From Bacillus subtilis subsp. subtilis str. 168 (GTDB lineage: Bacteria; Bacillota; Bacilli; Bacillales; Bacillaceae), in assembly GCF_000009045.1 (NCBI RefSeq), contig NC_000964.3, forward strand, positions 2,232,001 through 2,296,000: a stretch of 64,000 nucleotides of DNA, in the 5' to 3' direction. A program made the translations under genes and the position numbers. The notes below the pieces were generated by a model. The model had not been told where the DNA came from. It did not search any database and worked only from the letters and a program-made list of their open reading frames with translations. Shown one piece after another: positions 1 to 10,413 of this stretch (positions within the stretch are counted from its first letter, which is position 1; each line of letters begins with the position of its first letter).

Positions 1-1
1 T

Positions 2-664
2 CCAAACTCCAATGGATATGATCGTCATATTGTATACATGGAGAGCATCGTAGGTGGTCACACAGGAACTCAAGCAACAAGAATTAGACAAATATACGAA
101 GATTATGATTGCGATTATATTGTATTAGATACTCAAAGTATCGGACTTGGTGTGTATGATGCATTATGCCAGCCTTTATATGATAAAGAACGTGCAAAAG
201 AATATGAGCCATTTTCATGTATTAACGATGAAAGAATGGCTGCGCGTTGTACTTATCAAAATGCTGAAAAAGTAATTTATAGCATTAAAGGTAATGCACA
301 ATTGAACAGCGAAATTGCGGTATTACTAAAAGATGGATTCAAACGAGGAAAAATCAAAATTCCTATCAACGAAAATGAAGGAAAAGAATACCTGAAAAGA
401 TTTAAAGGCTATGAAGGGCTATCTCCTGAAGTTAAAGGAAAATTCCTTTCAAGCTATGCTCAGATTACCCTTCTAATAAATGAAATGATCAACTTAGAAG
501 CTGAATATAGCGATAACGGACAAGTTAAGCTTAAAGAGCCAAAGAGTAAACGAAAAGACAGATATAGCTCAGTGGCTTATGGCAACTATATTGCTACTGT
601 ATTAGAAAGACAGTTAAACAAACAAACTGAATATGACGTTGAAGATGAATTAGTCTATTTTTAA
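2..664 (+). CDS. yonF: Terminase large subunit, C-terminal part (gene starts upstream of the window)
   Basis: Frame is open from base 2 ([19 protein letters not shown]...); nuclease-domain-like [15 protein letters not shown]; directly upstream of the portal-sized gene. Confidence 0.8.
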
Positions 665-681
665 AAGAAATGAGGTGAAAC

Positions 682-2202
682 ATGGTAACCTTAAATAAAG
701 TTGACATTGAGTCTGAAGAGTATAAGCAAATGCTGAATGACTATTCAACTTATACTTCTACATTTGCTTCCGGCTTTATCTCAAATATGTTTTCCAATGG
801 CATTGTTACGGAAATTGAGGCCGAACAATTAAAGAATTACTTTTCTAACCCCGATGAATTTCAAGAAGAAATTGAAGATCTTGCTCAGTATTTTTACATT
901 TCGACTGCTGAGATTCACCAATTGTTTGAATTGATTGAAGCCCTCCCTACCCTCAACTATAAAATTGACTCCTTTAATAAAGTTAAGTCTTCAGATAAGC
1001 ATATTTCCCTTTTGAATAAATCCTTACATAAGGTTAAGCACAAAAGACTTACTAGGGATCTGTTAAAACAGGTAGCTACAGCTGGTACTCTTGTTGGTAT
1101 ATGGCTTGGGGATGCTAAGAGCCCGTATCCGTTTATTTTTGATGAAATTAAATATGTATTCCCCTCCTTTAGAAGAAACGGAGACTGGGTATGTGTAGTT
1201 GACATGGAGCTGTTCACTAAGTATAAAGATGATCAAAGAAACGAATTGTTAAAAAGCCTCTCCCCTTATATTAAACAAAGCGATTATGAAAACTTCATGA
1301 AAGATCGAGAGAAATATCGGTTTAAGGAATTGCCACAAGAAAGAACTTTTCCACTACGCACAGGGACGCTAAAAAGAAATCAAGGATTGGGAACATCTTG
1401 GGTTACACCAGGTCTATATGACGTTCTCCATAAAAAGAAACTTAAAGATGTTGAAAGATCGATTGCAAATAAAATTATTAACGCTGTTGCAGTTCTAACG
1501 ATTGGAACAGATAAAGGTAATGGCGAATACACAAACATGAAGCTGCCTAAAGCAGTTAAACAAAAAATTCATGGTGGCGTTAAAACGGCTTTGGAAAAAA
1601 ACCAAAAAGATGGAGTGACTGTAGTATCAATCCCTGACTTTGCTGATATCAATTTTCCAGATGTTAAAGCAGATGGATTAGATGGAGCAAAATTTGATCA
1701 TATCAATAGCGACATTCAATCTGCTTACGGATTATCCGGCTCTCTTTTAAATGGTGATGGCGGTAACTACGCAACTTCGTCATTAAACTTGGATACATTT
1801 TATAAGCGTATTGGCGTTTTAATGGAGGATATTGAACAAGAGGTTTATCAAAAGTTATTCAACCTTGTTTTGCCTGCTGCCCAAAAAGACAATTACTATA
1901 TGAATTACGATAAAGACAAGCCGCTCACTCTTAAAGAAAAAATGGACATCTTAATTAAATTAAACGATAAGGGCTGGTCTATTAAGCACGTAGTTGACAA
2001 TTTGGCAGGAGTGTCTTGGGAAAGTTACCTTGAACAAACTCTATATGAAACTGAAGAGCTGAAACTCCAAGAAAAAATTAGACCTTATCAAACTTCATAT
2101 ACCTTCACTGGGAATGAAGTTGGCCGCCCAAATGAAGGTAATAAAAACAACGACAACACAGTGAAGTCAGCTACATCCAACGGTAATGACAATCCTATTT
2201 AA
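682..2202 (+). CDS. yonE: Putative portal protein, 506 aa
   Basis: SD GAGGTG; size and position between terminase and scaffold/capsid genes. Confidence 0.75.
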   Translation: MVTLNKVDIESEEYKQMLNDYSTYTSTFASGFISNMFSNGIVTEIEAEQLKNYFSNPDEFQEEIEDLAQYFYISTAEIHQLFELIEALPTLNYKIDSFNKVKSSDKHISLLNKSLHKVKHKRLTRDLLKQVATAGTLVGIWLGDAKSPYPFIFDEIKYVFPSFRRNGDWVCVVDMELFTKYKDDQRNELLKSLSPYIKQSDYENFMKDREKYRFKELPQERTFPLRTGTLKRNQGLGTSWVTPGLYDVLHKKKLKDVERSIANKIINAVAVLTIGTDKGNGEYTNMKLPKAVKQKIHGGVKTALEKNQKDGVTVVSIPDFADINFPDVKADGLDGAKFDHINSDIQSAYGLSGSLLNGDGGNYATSSLNLDTFYKRIGVLMEDIEQEVYQKLFNLVLPAAQKDNYYMNYDKDKPLTLKEKMDILIKLNDKGWSIKHVVDNLAGVSWESYLEQTLYETEELKLQEKIRPYQTSYTFTGNEVGRPNEGNKNNDNTVKSATSNGNDNPI

Positions 2203-2232
2203 AACTTCACTTTTGAAGGGAGGTGAAATTAT

Positions 2233-3669
2233 TTGACAAAGAAGCAAAAGAAAAAACTATGCCAACTTCAATTGAATGAGATTAAAACATCAGATGACCC
2301 AACAAAGTTGTCATGTAGCTTTGTCATTTTTGATTTCGATGTCTCTCACAATAATACAGTAATTTCTAAGGATGTTGCTCTTGAAGCTGCTTCAACAATT
2401 ATTAATAAACCGATTGTTGCAAAATATTACGAGGTTGATGAATTAAATACTTCTACAGATGCATTGGGAACTCATGAAGCTTATCTAGACACAGATAAGC
2501 ACGGAGAACTTGAAGTAAAAAGAGATACTGCCCCAATCGGTGTCTTTACATCCGAGGGATACATAACTGAAATTGAAACCCCAGATGGCAAAAAAGAAGT
2601 ATTGGCAGCAGATGCAATACTTTGGAGCTCTCGATTTAAAGATGCATGTGAACTTTTACTTGAATGGTATGGTAGAGGCATCAACATTAATACAAGTTGT
2701 GAGATCCTTTATTCAAATTACACTGTGCAAGATGGTATCGAACACCTACAGTCCCCCATCTATTTCGAAGGTCATGCAATTTTAAATTCAGAGAAACGTG
2801 GAGAGCATGACATTGTCCTCCCCGCCTATGATTCTTCCAAACTTCTAAGCTTTAATGAACTTCAACGATTTGAAAGATTAGTGGCTCAAGCAGCTACAAG
2901 ACAAAATAATGAGGAAGGTGAAAAAATGAATAAGTTTAGAAAAGTGTTTGAATTGTCTCACTCTGACGTTCGGACGCTTCTATATAGCCAATTAGATCCA
3001 ACCCTTGATAAAGAATCAGATTCATTTATTGCAGATGTATATGATACGTATTTCATCGTAAACGTGTATAGCTGGTCAGATGAAAATAGCTATGACAAAT
3101 ACTTTAAGTTCAATTACACAAGAACAGGCGATACTGTTTCAATTGATTTTGACAGTAAAACTGAGGTATTCATGACGCGCAACTGGGAGGAAGTTGTTCC
3201 TGAGCCTATTCAATCACAACTTAACCAGAAAGATGAACAAATTAAAGATTTAACGAAACAAGTAAATCAAATCAATAAGGATAAGGTAGGAATTGAACAG
3301 CAATTCAACACTGCCAGTGAAAAGCTTGTGCAATTAAATTCTGAAGTGGAACAATTGAAGCCTTATAAAGAAAAACACGAGAAAACTTTATTAGAGCAAA
3401 AACTAAGTGAGAAAAATGAATTCTATAAAGCGAAATTTGAAGCTTTAAATGCTGAGGAAAAATTCAGTACAGAAGAAGTACAAAACCTTATCCATGCTTC
3501 GGTTAAACAAGATGAAGAAGGAGAAAAAGCTGTATTACAACTTAACACAATGTTAGTTGATTTAGTTAGTGTTCCTACTGAAACAAATACAACCATTAGA
3601 GAATTTTCAAGTAAACGGGAAAATTTAATCCCTAACGATGACTCTTTTGAATCACGCTTTTCACAATAA
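2233..3669 (+). CDS. yonD: Putative prohead protease/scaffold protein, 478 aa, TTG start
   Basis: SD GGGAGGTG; globular N-terminal half and long coiled-coil C-terminal half; position. Confidence 0.7.
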   Translation: MTKKQKKKLCQLQLNEIKTSDDPTKLSCSFVIFDFDVSHNNTVISKDVALEAASTIINKPIVAKYYEVDELNTSTDALGTHEAYLDTDKHGELEVKRDTAPIGVFTSEGYITEIETPDGKKEVLAADAILWSSRFKDACELLLEWYGRGININTSCEILYSNYTVQDGIEHLQSPIYFEGHAILNSEKRGEHDIVLPAYDSSKLLSFNELQRFERLVAQAATRQNNEEGEKMNKFRKVFELSHSDVRTLLYSQLDPTLDKESDSFIADVYDTYFIVNVYSWSDENSYDKYFKFNYTRTGDTVSIDFDSKTEVFMTRNWEEVVPEPIQSQLNQKDEQIKDLTKQVNQINKDKVGIEQQFNTASEKLVQLNSEVEQLKPYKEKHEKTLLEQKLSEKNEFYKAKFEALNAEEKFSTEEVQNLIHASVKQDEEGEKAVLQLNTMLVDLVSVPTETNTTIREFSSKRENLIPNDDSFESRFSQ

Positions 3670-3693
3670 ATTTTAAACTTGGAGGAATAAAAT

Positions 3694-4230
3694 ATGGCTA
3701 CAAGATTACAAAAAGCCCTTACTGAAGTAGGTAATCATACTACTGGAAACTTGAATTCTTTAAAAATCAAAACAGTTGCTCACGGTGCAAAAGTGACTGG
3801 TTCAGACATTGATAACTTTATGCTTGTTGAACTTGGTTTTGATGCTGAGGGGAACCGTACAGCTTCGAAACTATCAGATAAAACAAAAAAAGCATATTTA
3901 ATTGCATCTCCTGAAGCACGCTACCTTGGTGAATCAATGAGAGATTTTTATAACGGTGTAGGAGAACATGCTCGAATTGTTATCCTTGAGCCAGCTTATA
4001 CTCGTTTTGATGTTTCTGCATTTTCATTTAATACAGGAGTGACTGAGGTTAAACAAGGTCAAGTGGCTCACTTTGATATTGCTACTCAAAAGTATATTCT
4101 TAGTGATCCTACTTCACCTCATGAGGATTATGCTGATTCTTCTGCTAAGTTCCTAGTTGTAAATAATGAAGATGACCTTGTTTACACAATGGGACAAAAA
4201 CTTGTTCGCCTTGAAGTAATCGAGGCCTAA
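3694..4230 (+). CDS. yonC: Virion head protein (possible capsid decoration protein), 178 aa
   Basis: SD GGAGG; lies between scaffold and major capsid genes; function inferred from position. Confidence 0.6.
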   Translation: MATRLQKALTEVGNHTTGNLNSLKIKTVAHGAKVTGSDIDNFMLVELGFDAEGNRTASKLSDKTKKAYLIASPEARYLGESMRDFYNGVGEHARIVILEPAYTRFDVSAFSFNTGVTEVKQGQVAHFDIATQKYILSDPTSPHEDYADSSAKFLVVNNEDDLVYTMGQKLVRLEVIEA

Positions 4231-4268
4231 TACATAACAAATAAATTTCAATAAAAGGAGTATTTTAA

Positions 4269-5285
4269 ATGAAATTAGATACTGTGAAAATCAAAGGCTT
4301 GTTTAGCCGTGTATTAAATAACAAAATGGACGGTACAGACAAAGCTGATATCCAAACTTACATTAAGAAAGTGTTTGGTGATGGCGGTACTACACCTGAC
4401 CCTTCCATGCTCCATCAATTTAATAACCTTGTCGTTGAACAAGCTGATGAAATTGCGAAACCAAAAGTAACACAGCTCCTCTCCCTTCTGGCCAATGTCC
4501 AACAAGAAAAACGAGGCAATATTAAAGAAATTAAAATTCCAAAAAAGAATAAAGCAAAAGTCATTTGGTCTGCTACAGGCTCTGGTGTTGATTTAGTTCG
4601 TGTTGAAGGACAAGAAACAGTTCCTGCTGTTCCGAAAACTATGTCAACAGGTTTCTATTATGAACCCCTAGATCTCGTAACAGATTCAATTGTTTACTTC
4701 AATAAATTGGTGAATGATATCGCAGATGCTAAAGTCCGTTTGTACCTCGATAAAATTCATCAATTAACTGCAAGCGCAATTACAGCTGGTAAAATCCCTG
4801 CAAAAAATGTTCAAACAGGCTCAAACCTTACTCTTCAACAATACAACAAAGTAGCTTCCGTGCTTCAACGTTATGGTGGAAAACCAATCTTCGTCGCTGA
4901 CACTCTTCTCATTGACTACTTCGCATTCCAACAAGGAACAGACTCTACGTTTAAGAACTTCTTAACAGAAGAAGTAAAAGGAGAGCTCCTTACTGCTCTA
5001 AATCCAACAACTATCGGAAGAACAACTGCTGTTAACCTCACTAACCCATTTACAGATGATACAAATAGTAAAGTCGAACTTCCTGTCAACAAAGGTTATA
5101 TGTTTGCCGGCGGCGTTTCTCAAAAACCATTTTCTGTTGTTGAGTATGGCGGACTGCGTCAATTGACAGAACAAGATATCGAAGATGAAAGAATCAAAAT
5201 GAAAATTGTTCAAGATGCTTCTGTTAACCTTCTTTTTGGAGAAGCAATCGGAATTATTGAAGAACAAGCTGCAGTATCTATCTAA
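4269..5285 (+). CDS. yonB: Putative major capsid protein, 338 aa
   Basis: SD AAGGAG; size and synteny typical of an HK97-fold capsid gene. Confidence 0.75.
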   Translation: MKLDTVKIKGLFSRVLNNKMDGTDKADIQTYIKKVFGDGGTTPDPSMLHQFNNLVVEQADEIAKPKVTQLLSLLANVQQEKRGNIKEIKIPKKNKAKVIWSATGSGVDLVRVEGQETVPAVPKTMSTGFYYEPLDLVTDSIVYFNKLVNDIADAKVRLYLDKIHQLTASAITAGKIPAKNVQTGSNLTLQQYNKVASVLQRYGGKPIFVADTLLIDYFAFQQGTDSTFKNFLTEEVKGELLTALNPTTIGRTTAVNLTNPFTDDTNSKVELPVNKGYMFAGGVSQKPFSVVEYGGLRQLTEQDIEDERIKMKIVQDASVNLLFGEAIGIIEEQAAVSI

Positions 5286-5320
5286 ATCAAAATATGAGGA
5301 TTTTTTAGGAGGATGTAAAT

Positions 5321-5791
5321 TTGACTGAAAAAATTAAGTTAGCACGATACAGAAGTACGTCTTATTTTGTTGGGTATACCGGCGATGGTGGACATAAACA
5401 ATACACTTGGTCTGGTAGTAAAAATGGGAAGGCTGATATTAAAGAAGTTCCAAAAGAAGTTGTTGAATGGCTCACAATGAACAGCGTTTGTTTCGATAAA
5501 GGTGAATTAGTTATTGTTGAAGATAACGAGACAACCAAAGAGATTAAAGATTCTATTGTTGAGTCGGAGGCTTATGAAAATAACATTCATACCAAAGAAG
5601 AAATTGAAAAGATGATTAAATCGGGAAATATTGCTCAACTAAAAAATAAGCTCGATAAAATCACAGTGGATTCTGAGAAGCAATTTATTATTGACGTTGC
5701 TTCAGAATTTAGTGATGACATTGCTGCAGGCAAATTAAAAGTTTTGGCTGATTGGATGGGAGTCGCTGATCCTTCCCTTCTCTTTGACTAA
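5321..5791 (+). CDS. yonA: Phage head-module protein, 156 aa, TTG start
   Basis: SD AGGAGG; ORF directly after the capsid gene. Confidence 0.7.
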
Positions 5792-5805
5792 GAGGAGGGA
5801 TTTTT

Positions 5806-6201
5806 ATGACATCTTATGATCAAATATGGGAAACCTTTTTAAACAACTGCGAGACGTCCGATTTTGATGTTCCTCAACAAGAAGAGGACATTTATAAATC
5901 AATTCGAAATGCAATCCTTCATTTCAATAACCGGCTTAGAGACAATTTAAAAGCTGATAATTCAACTGAAACTGTTAATCGAGAATTATCTGAGGATGAT
6001 CTTCTTATTCTTGCACACTTCTTGAGATACATCTTTTTGTTAAATAAAAAGACCTTGTTTGAGAATACGTGGCAGCCCTTCACGAATGACGTGGGGATCA
6101 AGAACTTTGGTACGCAACTCAATTCACTTAAACAAAGTGTAATGGATCAGAAAGACGAAATTGAGCGCTTGATATTGAACGCTGCGGTGGATTATCTATG
6201 A
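5806..6201 (+). CDS. yomZ: Putative head-tail adaptor, 131 aa
   Basis: SD GAGGAGG; position in the neck region. Confidence 0.6.
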   Translation: MTSYDQIWETFLNNCETSDFDVPQQEEDIYKSIRNAILHFNNRLRDNLKADNSTETVNRELSEDDLLILAHFLRYIFLLNKKTLFENTWQPFTNDVGIKNFGTQLNSLKQSVMDQKDEIERLILNAAVDYL

Positions 6202-6452
6202 GTACAATTAAAGTTAAATCGGCACATAAAGATGGACAAATAAAGCTTGAGGACTTAGATGTTGTTTGCAATAAACTGTGTAAAAGAAACAATTCAGTCC
6301 TCTTCAAATTGGAGAAATACCTTAATAAAAAGCTGCTAAGTGATCCTGAACTCACAGAAATCAGGGACACTATTTTAACAGTAAGTGGTGAATTAAGCAG
6401 ACTTAGGGATAACTTAGTAACAGACGGTGATTCGAATGAAGGACTACAGTAA
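6198..6452 (+). CDS. yomY: Phage protein, 84 aa
   Basis: ATGA overlap with yomZ (translational coupling). Confidence 0.7.
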   Translation: MSTIKVKSAHKDGQIKLEDLDVVCNKLCKRNNSVLFKLEKYLNKKLLSDPELTEIRDTILTVSGELSRLRDNLVTDGDSNEGLQ

Positions 6453-7086
6453 TTACCACAAGGTTAACATTAATAATAAACTTCTTCATGATGGTAAGCT
6501 TATTTTCCAACAAGGCCTTAAGGGGTTTGAATCTGAAAAAGTCACAATTGATGGAATCGAAAAAACAGTAATGATCACTTCTAAGTACTCTAGTGGCGAT
6601 GGTTCTGCAAGATATATATTAGGTGAAATTGCTGACATTTATCGTGGCGGAGTTGTTAAGTTTAATGATGAAACATGGCTCATCACCTCCCACCCTCTCA
6701 GTAATAAGATTTACAAAAAGGCTGAGATAAAAATATGTGGAACATCATTTTTTCTTACTTCAGAAGACAAGCTAATCGATACTGGCAAAATTAACGAAAT
6801 CACTGGTAAGCCAATTTATGAAAAAGTACCTGGCGAAAAAACTGAAGTCCCCTGCATATTCGAAAGGACAACTTCAATAAATGGCACTGAATTGGCGGTA
6901 AATCTTCCTGATGGTCAAGCAAACATTACAATTCCTTATCTTGTTCATGAAAAATTGAAAATCGGACTTACCCTCACCTTCTTTGGCGAAGATTATCAAG
7001 TCGATGATATAGACTATTCTAAAGTTTATGGAGACCACGGAACAATAAAATTGGTTGCCAAAAAGAAAGTTGGTGAAAAGACATGA
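6436..7086 (+). CDS. yomX: Putative head-closure/neck protein, 216 aa
   Basis: ATG at 6436 after GGTGA; beta-rich sequence; neck-region synteny. Confidence 0.6.
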   Translation: MKDYSNYHKVNINNKLLHDGKLIFQQGLKGFESEKVTIDGIEKTVMITSKYSSGDGSARYILGEIADIYRGGVVKFNDETWLITSHPLSNKIYKKAEIKICGTSFFLTSEDKLIDTGKINEITGKPIYEKVPGEKTEVPCIFERTTSINGTELAVNLPDGQANITIPYLVHEKLKIGLTLTFFGEDYQVDDIDYSKVYGDHGTIKLVAKKKVGEKT

Positions 7087-7589
7087 GCATGACTGTTGAA
7101 CAGATGACAAAAGTCTTCAGATTAGTTATGGATGATGTTGAACTGAATCGGCTCTTGTATTACAAAACTGATCCTCTCTCCCCTTCTCATCCAGATGTTC
7201 AATCACTCGAAAATTATTATGACTCCACAAATGACTCTCCCGCTATAATCAATACCATATTCAAGCGAGCACCTAAAACAGATGATCTATCGGATTCACC
7301 ATTATGTAGGATGTGTATTTATTTAGGGAATGCATTGCCTAAGCCGACAAACCAAAGCTTTATGTTGTTAAATCAAGAATTGATGATCGATGTATACACA
7401 CACATTAATACATTTGAGATATCTGAGTATCGAAGTTTGAAAATCATCGACAGGGTTTCAAAATTATTTTTCAATAAAAATATTGCTGGTTTTGGTGTAA
7501 CAGTAGATTATAAACGTTTGCTTATTAGTAATCCCCCTGACGGATATTTGGGCTACAAGATGATCTTTACTTTTGGAGCAAGTAAATGA
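7083..7589 (+). CDS. yomW: Putative tail terminator/completion protein, 168 aa
   Basis: ATGA overlap; LMIDVY and GYLGYKMIF motifs resemble tail terminator proteins. Confidence 0.6.
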   Translation: MSMTVEQMTKVFRLVMDDVELNRLLYYKTDPLSPSHPDVQSLENYYDSTNDSPAIINTIFKRAPKTDDLSDSPLCRMCIYLGNALPKPTNQSFMLLNQELMIDVYTHINTFEISEYRSLKIIDRVSKLFFNKNIAGFGVTVDYKRLLISNPPDGYLGYKMIFTFGASK

Positions 7590-8296
7590 ATGAGTTAAAG
7601 GATTTCTTTTTCTTAGGAAAACCGATCCAGACTGAAATAGGAGAGATTGATTTCATCCGCTTAAAAGATTATCCTCTCTACACCAAAGAACTAAGCATGT
7701 TGAGGATGAATAAGAAAAGTCTTATTAAAGAATATTCAAGGTTTAATGAGGATGGCTCGCTTGACCCATTTATTATTGAAATGAAAAAGAGAGATCTTTA
7801 TGAAATTGTACATTCGGTACTCCCTGATTTTCACGAGGCTTATTTCAAAGTTTTTTCAAAAGTATTGATAAACAAGGATTCCCTATCGTTGATTGGAAAA
7901 CATAATTTTCCCCGTCTCCGAAAACTAATACTAGACATGCATTGTATCACTGAAGACAAGGTCGTTGACAATGATGAACTTCAGGAGTTCCATGATATAA
8001 GTAAATCACTCAAGCAACAAGATTCTCAAAGTGATTTAAAGGATATAGTAAGCTGTGTTGCTGCATTTAACGGATACACGTATGAAGAAATATCTGAAAT
8101 GACGATGTATCAACTATATTTGTCGTTCTACAGGATGGCTGAAGTTATGAATTATAACACAACCACACTTTTTGCTACCGTCTCTCCTGATGTCAAAGTA
8201 AGTGATTGGAGTAGTCACATTAATCTTTACAAGGAAGAGTCTTATCACCTGAGCACTAAAGATGCTAAAAATATCGAGCAATTATTTGGAGGCTAA
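7586..8296 (+). CDS. yomV: Phage tail-module protein (possible tail assembly chaperone), 236 aa
   Basis: ATGA overlap; C-terminal YEEISEMTMYQL resembles tail-chaperone motifs. Confidence 0.6.
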   Translation: MNELKDFFFLGKPIQTEIGEIDFIRLKDYPLYTKELSMLRMNKKSLIKEYSRFNEDGSLDPFIIEMKKRDLYEIVHSVLPDFHEAYFKVFSKVLINKDSLSLIGKHNFPRLRKLILDMHCITEDKVVDNDELQEFHDISKSLKQQDSQSDLKDIVSCVAAFNGYTYEEISEMTMYQLYLSFYRMAEVMNYNTTTLFATVSPDVKVSDWSSHINLYKEESYHLSTKDAKNIEQLFGG

Positions 8297-8338
8297 TTAA
8301 CTTTAGTCTCTTTTTATTTTTATTTAGGAGGAAACAAT

Positions 8339-9136
8339 TTGGCAAAACAAACAGTAATCCATGAAGTTGGAAAAATTACAGCTAAACGTCTGAGCGATAA
8401 TAAGGTTATTGCTTCAGGTGTTACACAAATGACTCAGTTTTCCCAACAAGTTCAACAAGACTTTTTAAAAGGCGGATGGGGTAACCGAGACCTGTATGTT
8501 ATTAATTCAAGTAAAGAAGTATCGGGTAATGTCCGAAATGCTTTCTTTGATCTTGATTTCATGGCAATGCAGCAAGGTGTAAAAATTGAAAACGAAACAA
8601 TTTCTGTGTGGGAAGATGAAAGCTTAACAGTTAGTGATACTGGTACGGTTATCCTTTCATATCTCCCATTGTCTAAAGTTTCATTAACTAACGAAGATGG
8701 AGATCAAATTGAAGTTGACGCTGCATCTAAAACAGTTACTGTGCCTGATACCTTTGCAACCAAGGGTGAAGCTTTAGCAGTTCATTATCAAATTGAAGTT
8801 GAAGCCGAGACTGTTGAAATTAACGGTGAAAAATTCTCTGAGAATTACTACTTTGAAATTCACACAATTGAATACGATCCTAAGACTTCAAAAATCTACA
8901 GTGACCTTTATATTCAGCTCCCTAAAGTAAACTTCTCTGGTGAAGCAGATATGTCGTTTGAAGCAGGAAATGCATACACTCCGGAAATCGGCTATCGAGC
9001 CCTTGCTGATAATAACGGAAAAATCGGTAACTTTGCTCGTGTAAAACGTAAAGCTGATGGGACAAAGGGCGTTGTCACTAGTGATGAAGGAACTGGCTCA
9101 TCTCAAAGCTCAGATCTTGGCGGAACAACTGAATAA
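8339..9136 (+). CDS. yomU: Putative major tail tube protein, 265 aa, TTG start
   Basis: SD AGGAGG; beta-strand-rich; C-terminal LPKVNFSGEADMSFEAG...PEIGYRAL typical of tail tubes. Confidence 0.7.
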   Translation: MAKQTVIHEVGKITAKRLSDNKVIASGVTQMTQFSQQVQQDFLKGGWGNRDLYVINSSKEVSGNVRNAFFDLDFMAMQQGVKIENETISVWEDESLTVSDTGTVILSYLPLSKVSLTNEDGDQIEVDAASKTVTVPDTFATKGEALAVHYQIEVEAETVEINGEKFSENYYFEIHTIEYDPKTSKIYSDLYIQLPKVNFSGEADMSFEAGNAYTPEIGYRALADNNGKIGNFARVKRKADGTKGVVTSDEGTGSSQSSDLGGTTE

Positions 9137-9153
9137 TTAAGGAGGCGTTTATT

Positions 9154-9765
9154 ATTGCTTTTTTAAACCAGGACGGTGATAAATACACCTCTGCAAAAGA
9201 TGATGGGACAGGTAATCCCATAACAGCTGTATCAATTGAACGTTCCACTGTCCCCTTGGAGGTTGGTCTCAATAATGACCAGCCTCTTAATGTTAATGTG
9301 GCCAACACTGCACTTGATGTAAATATAACTAATACGGCTTCTGTCCCTGTTTTGGTTAAAAACACTGCAGCAATTAAAACCCAAGTTCAAAAATCCTATT
9401 CTGAATTTGTTGTTACTGATGCTGATACCGTAGCTACAGGTGCAACTAAGTCTTATACAGTTGATCTAATCGATTCACTTGGTGTTTTCAGAACTTACGG
9501 TGTTGCTATGTACACAACTCAAACAGACAGCTCAAACAGCAAAGTTTTAGCAAGTATTTATTCCGTACCGAAAAACATCCCATTTTATTCTGCAACTACA
9601 TCAGGTAATGATAATTCTGTTCTATTCAACAGCATTGTTTTTGTTCAGAATTACCCTTTACAAAAACAATTAACTTTCACTGCTCCAAAAATACATCTGA
9701 CAGTTAAAGCAGCCGGTACAGTTGATCTAACTGGGTTAAAAATCGTTGTTTGGGGGATGGAATAA
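9154..9765 (+). CDS. youA: Phage tail-associated protein, about 203 aa, probable ATT start
   Basis: Frame open from 9133; AAGGAGG at 9139-9145 is followed by ATT at 9151 and 9154; first canonical start is only at 9256. Confidence 0.6.
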   Translation: MAFLNQDGDKYTSAKDDGTGNPITAVSIERSTVPLEVGLNNDQPLNVNVANTALDVNITNTASVPVLVKNTAAIKTQVQKSYSEFVVTDADTVATGATKSYTVDLIDSLGVFRTYGVAMYTTQTDSSNSKVLASIYSVPKNIPFYSATTSGNDNSVLFNSIVFVQNYPLQKQLTFTAPKIHLTVKAAGTVDLTGLKIVVWGME

Positions 9766-9992
9766 TGACATTTGATGAAGTATGTGGTCTGTTCAAACAA
9801 TTTGATGGTTTGGAACAAAAATTCCTATTACTATCAGATGGATCCTATATCAGTGTTGATGATTTCAAGCAACGCTTTGAAGGCGACTTCAATGAGTACG
9901 AACCTTTAAGTTCGCTTCAGTCATCCCCTTCCTCTACCCCAGCTTGGGAAGGTATATGGAATAAGCTACAAGAGGATGGGCTTTTTGAATAA
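9765..9992 (+). CDS. yomT: Small acidic phage protein, 75 aa
   Basis: TAATG overlap with the previous gene; SD-like GGGGG. Confidence 0.65.
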   Translation: MTFDEVCGLFKQFDGLEQKFLLLSDGSYISVDDFKQRFEGDFNEYEPLSSLQSSPSSTPAWEGIWNKLQEDGLFE

Positions 9993-10055
9993 GTCCTCCC
10001 CTCTTGTTTTTCTAGATAAAAGACAGTTTTTATTCAAATTAAGGAGGTGGAGTTG

Positions 10056-10412
10056 TTGACAGAAACGACTGAAAATGTCGTAATCACGATTCCAGACAAA
10101 ACTTCATTTACATTTCACGAAGCCGCAACTTCCCCATCTGAAGGTGAAGAATTTGTAGTGGGTCATTTTCGGGAACTTACTGTTAAGATCTCTGGTTCCT
10201 CAACTTCACGAGAAATAAAGTTTTATGCAGTTGATGAAAATGGCGAAAAAACTGCACTTAGTGGCACCAATAAAACAGACTTCCAACTTGGGAGCAGTAC
10301 TTTAAATACTAATGAGTATTGGGACTTCGACATTGCTGGATTGTTTAAAGTTATGTTCGAAGTAGTTTCTGTTACTGGTGATGTAACTGTTAAAGGGATT
10401 GTGGTGAGTTAA
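10056..10412 (+). CDS. yomS: Phage tail/baseplate-associated beta-sandwich protein, 118 aa, TTG start
   Basis: SD AAGGAGGTG followed by TTG at 10056. Confidence 0.65.
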   Translation: MTETTENVVITIPDKTSFTFHEAATSPSEGEEFVVGHFRELTVKISGSSTSREIKFYAVDENGEKTALSGTNKTDFQLGSSTLNTNEYWDFDIAGLFKVMFEVVSVTGDVTVKGIVVS

Positions 10413-10413
10413 G

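Noticed and set aside
9120-9160. Programmed frameshift or readthrough fusing the tail tube yomU to youA (as in SPP1 gp17.1*)
   Set aside because: The youA frame has a TGA at 9130-9132 just before the yomU stop, there is no slippery run, and a strong separate SD explains independent initiation.
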